Shown in pieces: positions 59,651 to 64,000 of a DNA stretch of 64,000 nt (position 1 is its first letter; each line of letters starts with the position of its first letter). Origin of the DNA: Planctomycetota bacterium (GTDB lineage: Bacteria; Planctomycetota; B15-G4); the NCBI GenBank assembly GCA_965248575.1, contig CBDFJQ010000002.1, positions 1,664,001 through 1,728,000 of the forward strand, written 5' to 3'. The position numbers were made by a program, and so were the translations under genes. The notes beneath the pieces were generated by a model. The model saw nothing but the letters and a program-made list of their open reading frames with translations, searched no databases and was not told the origin of the DNA.

Positions 59651-61471
59651 TCAGGCGGGGCTCGACTCCGCCGCGGCCCGGACCTGCCGCTTGCGCGTCG
59701 TGGCATCCAGCACCCGCTTTCGCAAGCGCACCGAGTTGGGCGTGACCTCCACCAGCTCGTCCTCCTCGATGTACTCCAAGGCCTCTTCGAGGGAAATGTC
59801 CCGCGGAGGCGCGTACTTCAGGGAACGGTCCGTGCCGGACGTGCGCATGTTCGTGAGCTTCTTCTCGCGCGTCGCGTTGACGGAGATATCGCCTGTCTTG
59901 CAGTGCTCGCCAACGATCATGCCTTCGTACACCGGGGAGGAAGGCTTCGCGAAGAACTCGCCGCGGTCCTTCAACGCATCCAGCGCGTAGGCCGAGATCT
60001 TGCCCGGGTGCGTGCTGACCATGACCCCCACCGAGCGCCGGGGCACCTTGCCCTTGAACGGCTGGTGCCCGCGGAAGATGTGGTGCAGGGATGCCTCGCC
60101 CTGGGTGAGCGTCAGCAGCCGCGAGCGCAGGCCGATCAGGCCCCGGGCGGGGATCACGAACTGGAGCCGAGCGATGGGCTTGGAGGTGTCCATGTCCTCC
60201 AGCTCGCCGCCCCGGTTGCTGACCCCCTCGATGACACGGCCGGCCAGATCGCCGGGCACATCCACGGTGAGGGACTCGACCGGCTCGTGACGCTTGCCGT
60301 CGATCATCTTGTCGATGACCCGTGGCCGGGAGAGCGCCAGCTCGAAGCCTTCTCGTCGCATGGTCTCCACCAGGATGCCCAGGTGCAGGACGCCGCGCCC
60401 CGAGACCCGGAACACGGACTCGCCGCCCGGGTTCTCCACGCGCAAGGCGACGTTGCTACGCAACTCTCGCGACAGGCGGTCGCCGATCTGCCGACCCGTG
60501 ACCAGCTTCCCTTCCTGGCCGTTGAACGGTGAGTCGTTGACCATGAAGTCCATGGACAAGGTGGGCTCATCGATGCAGACGACGGGCAGGGGCTCTACGC
60601 AATTCGGATCACACAGCGTCTCGCCGATGGCGATGTCCGGGTAACCTTGCACGGCGATGATGTCGCCGGCCGAGGCTGATTCGACGGGGCGACGCTCCAG
60701 GCCTTCAAAGACGAACAGGTTCATCACCTTGCCGGGCTTGGAGGGTTCACCGGGCCGGCTGGTGGCCAGCGGCGCGCCCTTCTTGATGACGCCACGATCC
60801 ACGCGGCCGATGGCGATCCGACCAACGAAGTTGTTGTGGTCGATGGAGGACACCTGCATGCGCGGTGCGCCCTCACCGGACGTGCGCGGCGGCGGCACCT
60901 CCTTCTCCACCAGGTCGAACAAGACCGAGGTGTTGGTCTCGGGGCCGTCTGGCTCGGTTCGGACCCAACCATCGCGACCGGACGCAAACACCACCGGGAA
61001 CTCCAGCTGTTCGTCGTTCGCGCCCAGCTCCACGAAGAGGTCGAACACCTCGTCCACCACCTCGTGGGGGCGCGCGGCCGGGCGGTCACACTTGTTGACC
61101 ACGACCGCGACTCTCAGGCCTTCATCGAGCGCCTTGCCCAGCACGTAGCGTGTCTGGGGCATGGGACCCTCGTAGGCATCCACCAACAGCAGCGCGCCGT
61201 CCGCCATGCGCAGCACGCGCTCCACCTCGCCACCGAAGTCGCTGTGACCCGGGGTGTCGATGATGTTGATTTTCAGGTCGCCCCGGACAACGGCCACGTT
61301 CTTGCTGAGCACGGTGATGCCGCGCTCCCGCTCGAGTTCGTTGCTGTCGAGGACGCAATCGACGCGTTCCTGTCCCTCACGGAACACCCCGGCGTCGGCT
61401 AGGAGCGCGTCCACCAGGGTCGTTTTCCCGTGGTCGACGTGCGCGATGATGGCAATGTTTCGGATGTTCAT
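59651..61471 (-). CDS. typA: Translational GTPase TypA/BipA
   Basis: 'NIAIIAHVDHGKTTL', 'ERGITV', 'GRGVLHL', 'KKLTNMR', 'ELVEVTP..VRLRK'. Confidence 0.97.
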   Translation of the reverse strand: MNIRNIAIIAHVDHGKTTLVDALLADAGVFREGQERVDCVLDSNELERERGITVLSKNVAVVRGDLKINIIDTPGHSDFGGEVERVLRMADGALLLVDAYEGPMPQTRYVLGKALDEGLRVAVVVNKCDRPAARPHEVVDEVFDLFVELGANDEQLEFPVVFASGRDGWVRTEPDGPETNTSVLFDLVEKEVPPPRTSGEGAPRMQVSSIDHNNFVGRIAIGRVDRGVIKKGAPLATSRPGEPSKPGKVMNLFVFEGLERRPVESASAGDIIAVQGYPDIAIGETLCDPNCVEPLPVVCIDEPTLSMDFMVNDSPFNGQEGKLVTGRQIGDRLSRELRSNVALRVENPGGESVFRVSGRGVLHLGILVETMRREGFELALSRPRVIDKMIDGKRHEPVESLTVDVPGDLAGRVIEGVSNRGGELEDMDTSKPIARLQFVIPARGLIGLRSRLLTLTQGEASLHHIFRGHQPFKGKVPRRSVGVMVSTHPGKISAYALDALKDRGEFFAKPSSPVYEGMIVGEHCKTGDISVNATREKKLTNMRTSGTDRSLKYAPPRDISLEEALEYIEEDELVEVTPNSVRLRKRVLDATTRKRQVRAAAESSPA

Positions 61472-61513
61472 GAACCGGGCAAAGTACACATATCCCCGGC
61501 TGAGAACAGCCCC

Positions 61514-62806
61514 CTAGGCGTACAAGCCACGCATGCGGGTGAAGTAGGACACCCGATCGATGCCCTCCAGATAGGCCCCTGTGCGCATGTTGACCTTGGC
61601 CTTGCGGCTGCGGCGATGCACCTGACGGAAGGCCTTCTGCATGATCTTGTGGAGGCGGGTGTTCACATCCCGCTCCTCCCAGAAGATGCCCATGCGGTCC
61701 TGGACCCACTCGAAGTAGCTCACCACGACGCCGCCCGCGTTGGCCAGGATGTCGGGAATCACGAAGATATCGTTCTCATCCAGGATCGAGTCGGCCCCGG
61801 GCGTGGTGGGCCCATTGGCCCCTTCCACGATGATCTGGCAGCGCAGATTGGCCGCGTTCTTGGACGTGATCTGGTTCTCGGTGGCCGCCGGGATCAGGAT
61901 CTCGCACGGAAGCTTCAGGATCTCCTCGTTGGAGATTCGGTCGCCCCCCTCGAAACCCTCGAGCGTGCGGTGCTTCTCGAGGTACTCAAGCACCGCGGGG
62001 ATGTCGAGGCCCTTCTCGTTGACCACCGCCGAATCGATGTCGGAGATGGCCTTCACGCAGATGCCGATTTCGTGCAGAAGGAGCGCGATGGTGCCGCCCA
62101 CGTTGCCCGAGCCCTGGACCACCACGCTGCACTTGGCCAGGTCGAGCTTCCGGACACGTGCGGCCTCCCGCACCATCGTGAGCAGGCCGCGCCCGGTGGC
62201 CTCCTTGCGCCCCATGGAGCCACCCAGGCCCCAGGGCTTGCCGGTCACGATGCCCGTGTGGGTGCCGCGCCGGTGCATGGAGTAGGTGTCCATGATCCAG
62301 GCCATGACCTGTTCGTTGGTGTACATGTCCGGCGCGGGTACATCGCGGTCCGGGCCGATGATGTCCATGATCGCGCTGGTGTAGCGGCGCGTGACGCGCT
62401 CGATCTCCGATGTGGACAGTTCGCGAGCGTTGCAGCGCACGCCACCCTTGGCACCGCCGAAGGGCACGTTCACGATGGCGCATTTCCACGTCATCCAGGC
62501 CGCCAGCGCCCGCACCTCATCCACGTCCACATACGGGGAGTAGCGGATACCGCCTTTGCAGGGGCCCATGGCGCTGCTGTGCTGCACACGCCAGCCTTCG
62601 TAGACCGCAAGACGCCCGTCGTCGAGACGCACCGGCAGGGCGACCTTCAGCTCCCGCTCCGGCGTCTGGAGGATCTTCTTCATCCCATCGTCCAGGTCGA
62701 GCAGATCAGCCGCCACGTCGAAGCGCGCCAACATGGCCTCGAAGGGGTTGTTCTCCGGGGCCTCACGAACGGGACGGTCTTCGGTGTCCTTGATGCGGAC
62801 GCTCAT
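61514..62806 (-). CDS. gdhA: Glu/Leu/Phe/Val dehydrogenase (glutamate dehydrogenase)
   Basis: 'GPCKGGIR', 'MTWKC', 'GGAKGG', 'PAPD', 'QGSGNVG', 'EGANGP', 'SYFEWVQ'. Start re-called to ATG 62806. Confidence 0.93.
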   Translation of the reverse strand: MSVRIKDTEDRPVREAPENNPFEAMLARFDVAADLLDLDDGMKKILQTPERELKVALPVRLDDGRLAVYEGWRVQHSSAMGPCKGGIRYSPYVDVDEVRALAAWMTWKCAIVNVPFGGAKGGVRCNARELSTSEIERVTRRYTSAIMDIIGPDRDVPAPDMYTNEQVMAWIMDTYSMHRRGTHTGIVTGKPWGLGGSMGRKEATGRGLLTMVREAARVRKLDLAKCSVVVQGSGNVGGTIALLLHEIGICVKAISDIDSAVVNEKGLDIPAVLEYLEKHRTLEGFEGGDRISNEEILKLPCEILIPAATENQITSKNAANLRCQIIVEGANGPTTPGADSILDENDIFVIPDILANAGGVVVSYFEWVQDRMGIFWEERDVNTRLHKIMQKAFRQVHRRSRKAKVNMRTGAYLEGIDRVSYFTRMRGLYA

Positions 62807-63073
62807 GGCGTGATCTCGCGCACCCCGAGGGGACGGCGCCGACCACTCAGCCCGTGCCACTCGGAGAAAGATTTGGAACGTGGGAAGAGGATCGCTGGGG
62901 GCGGGGCGCTCACTATGCCCTCTCCTGCGTGGTTGTCGAGCCACACTCGACTCTGCTTTTCCGAAAGACGGGATCCAGCGGTGCTGACCGAGACCGCCCG
63001 GGCACAACTCCGGGCCAAGCTGGTGCCAAACGTCGGCCGGTAAGGGGCGACGGCTCCCCCTACCCTCGGCAGA

Positions 63074-64000
63074 TCAGGGCGTCAGCCCGAAGAGCCAAAC
63101 CGCCGGTTCTTCGAACACCCGCCGAGGGGGCCCCGAGGCATCCCGCTCCAGGGCCTGCCGCAGCTCCTCCGTGGGCGCCGTCGGGAACGGCATGAGCAGG
63201 AACCAGCGAGCCTCAGGGCAGCGCTCGCGGGCATCCCGATAGGCCGCCAGCTGGGACTCCCCGTGCATGATCTCGAGCTCGAGCCCCCGGACCTGCCGAT
63301 CGCTGGCATAGGTCACTTCCAGCAGCTTGCTGATGTAGGCATCCCCCTCGCCCCCCGGGAGCAGGGGATTGCAGTCGTAGTTGGTGAGGGTCAGCTCACC
63401 GGGGGACGTGGTCCTCGCCAGCAGCTCTCCGACAAGGGCAGGCACGGGTGCCGGAGGGTCGGGAAGCAGCTCTGCAGTGGACGTCCACACAGCAGACCAG
63501 GCTGCCAGCACCAGACCTAGCAGCCCCACCAGGGGCACACGCAGGCGCCTTCCTGCAGCCAGGAGATTCTGCGGGAGCAGCACGAGAGCCACCCCTGCCC
63601 CCAAGGCAACCGGTAGCCCGAAGAGCCAGTAGGAGTGCACCAGAAGCCCCTGCGGGAAGATCGCGCCGTGCACCAACGGAGGCAGCAGCAGGAGCAGGAG
63701 CAGCCCGGAAACCCCGAGCAACCCACCCTTGGAAGGCCGACTCCTGGGCAGACAGGCCAGAACCAGCACCACCAAGACCAAGAGCGGCCCCAGGGGAATC
63801 AAGACGGCCATGGCCTCGAACCAGACCTCGACGCCGCGGGCCTGGGCCAGAGCCTCGGCCGAGCCACCCTCACCCTGCAGGAGCAGGCCTGGCCCCCGAA
63901 CCCGGGCCGCGCCGAATAGCCCCGCAAAGGACGACTCGGGCAGTGAGGCGAGCCAGGCGACCCAGCCGGCGAAGAGCGCCGTCGTCCAGGCGCCGAGACC
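63074..64000 (-). CDS. C-terminal part of a polytopic membrane protein (possibly GT-C glycosyltransferase-like); partial
   Basis: The frame stays open from 63811 to the window edge; several TM helices followed by a soluble C-terminal domain. Confidence 0.6.
   Translation of the reverse strand, partial: GLGAWTTALFAGWVAWLASLPESSFAGLFGAARVRGPGLLLQGEGGSAEALAQARGVEVWFEAMAVLIPLGPLLVLVVLVLACLPRSRPSKGGLLGVSGLLLLLLLPPLVHGAIFPQGLLVHSYWLFGLPVALGAGVALVLLPQNLLAAGRRLRVPLVGLLGLVLAAWSAVWTSTAELLPDPPAPVPALVGELLARTTSPGELTLTNYDCNPLLPGGEGDAYISKLLEVTYASDRQVRGLELEIMHGESQLAAYRDARERCPEARWFLLMPFPTAPTEELRQALERDASGPPRRVFEEPAVWLFGLTP

Noticed and set aside
62933..62960. AAAAG-N15-CTCGACAA upstream of gdh as a seventh motif copy
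   Set aside because: Spacing is correct but the upstream element lacks the two pyrimidines; too weak without TSS data.

Overview
High-GC bacterial chromosomal window, inferred to be from a Planctomycetota-like organism (fused PurS-PurS-PurL, secreted squalene-cyclase-like alpha/alpha-barrel family, giant Gly-rich Ig lipoprotein, 'IPQF...YxVQHN' pilins). About 49 CDS and 2 tRNAs (Arg-CCG, Ala-GGC). No rRNA, CRISPR, integrase or transposase was seen. Housekeeping genes: trmFO, leuS, lysS-lolE-lolD, tig-clpP-clpX-rlmN, accA, purL/purQ, argE, typA, gdh, ETF-QO. The most notable system is a split type IV filament (T2SS/T4P-like) locus. One core machine at 44.5-51.9 kb (PilM-N/GspL fusion, PilO, PilP/GspC-like, secretin, an embedded STAS protein, ATPase, platform) is bracketed by two paralogous minor-pilin cassettes (V/I-X/K-FimT/H). 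A separate cluster at 20.6-23.1 kb holds two paralogous major pilins around one PilW/GspJ-like pilin. An unannotated, exactly spaced bipartite motif, YYAAG-N15-nnCGAY (sigma28-like), lies in sense orientation at five filament genes across both loci and upstream of an ECF sigma/anti-sigma pair, suggesting one alternative-sigma regulon. Other observations: several probable leaderless transcripts, a 1652-aa Ig/propeller/polyglycine lipoprotein, and a pair of non-canonical metallophosphoesterases flanking an MMPL transporter. All family assignments come from reading motifs by eye; no database searches were run, and several start codons are my re-calls.
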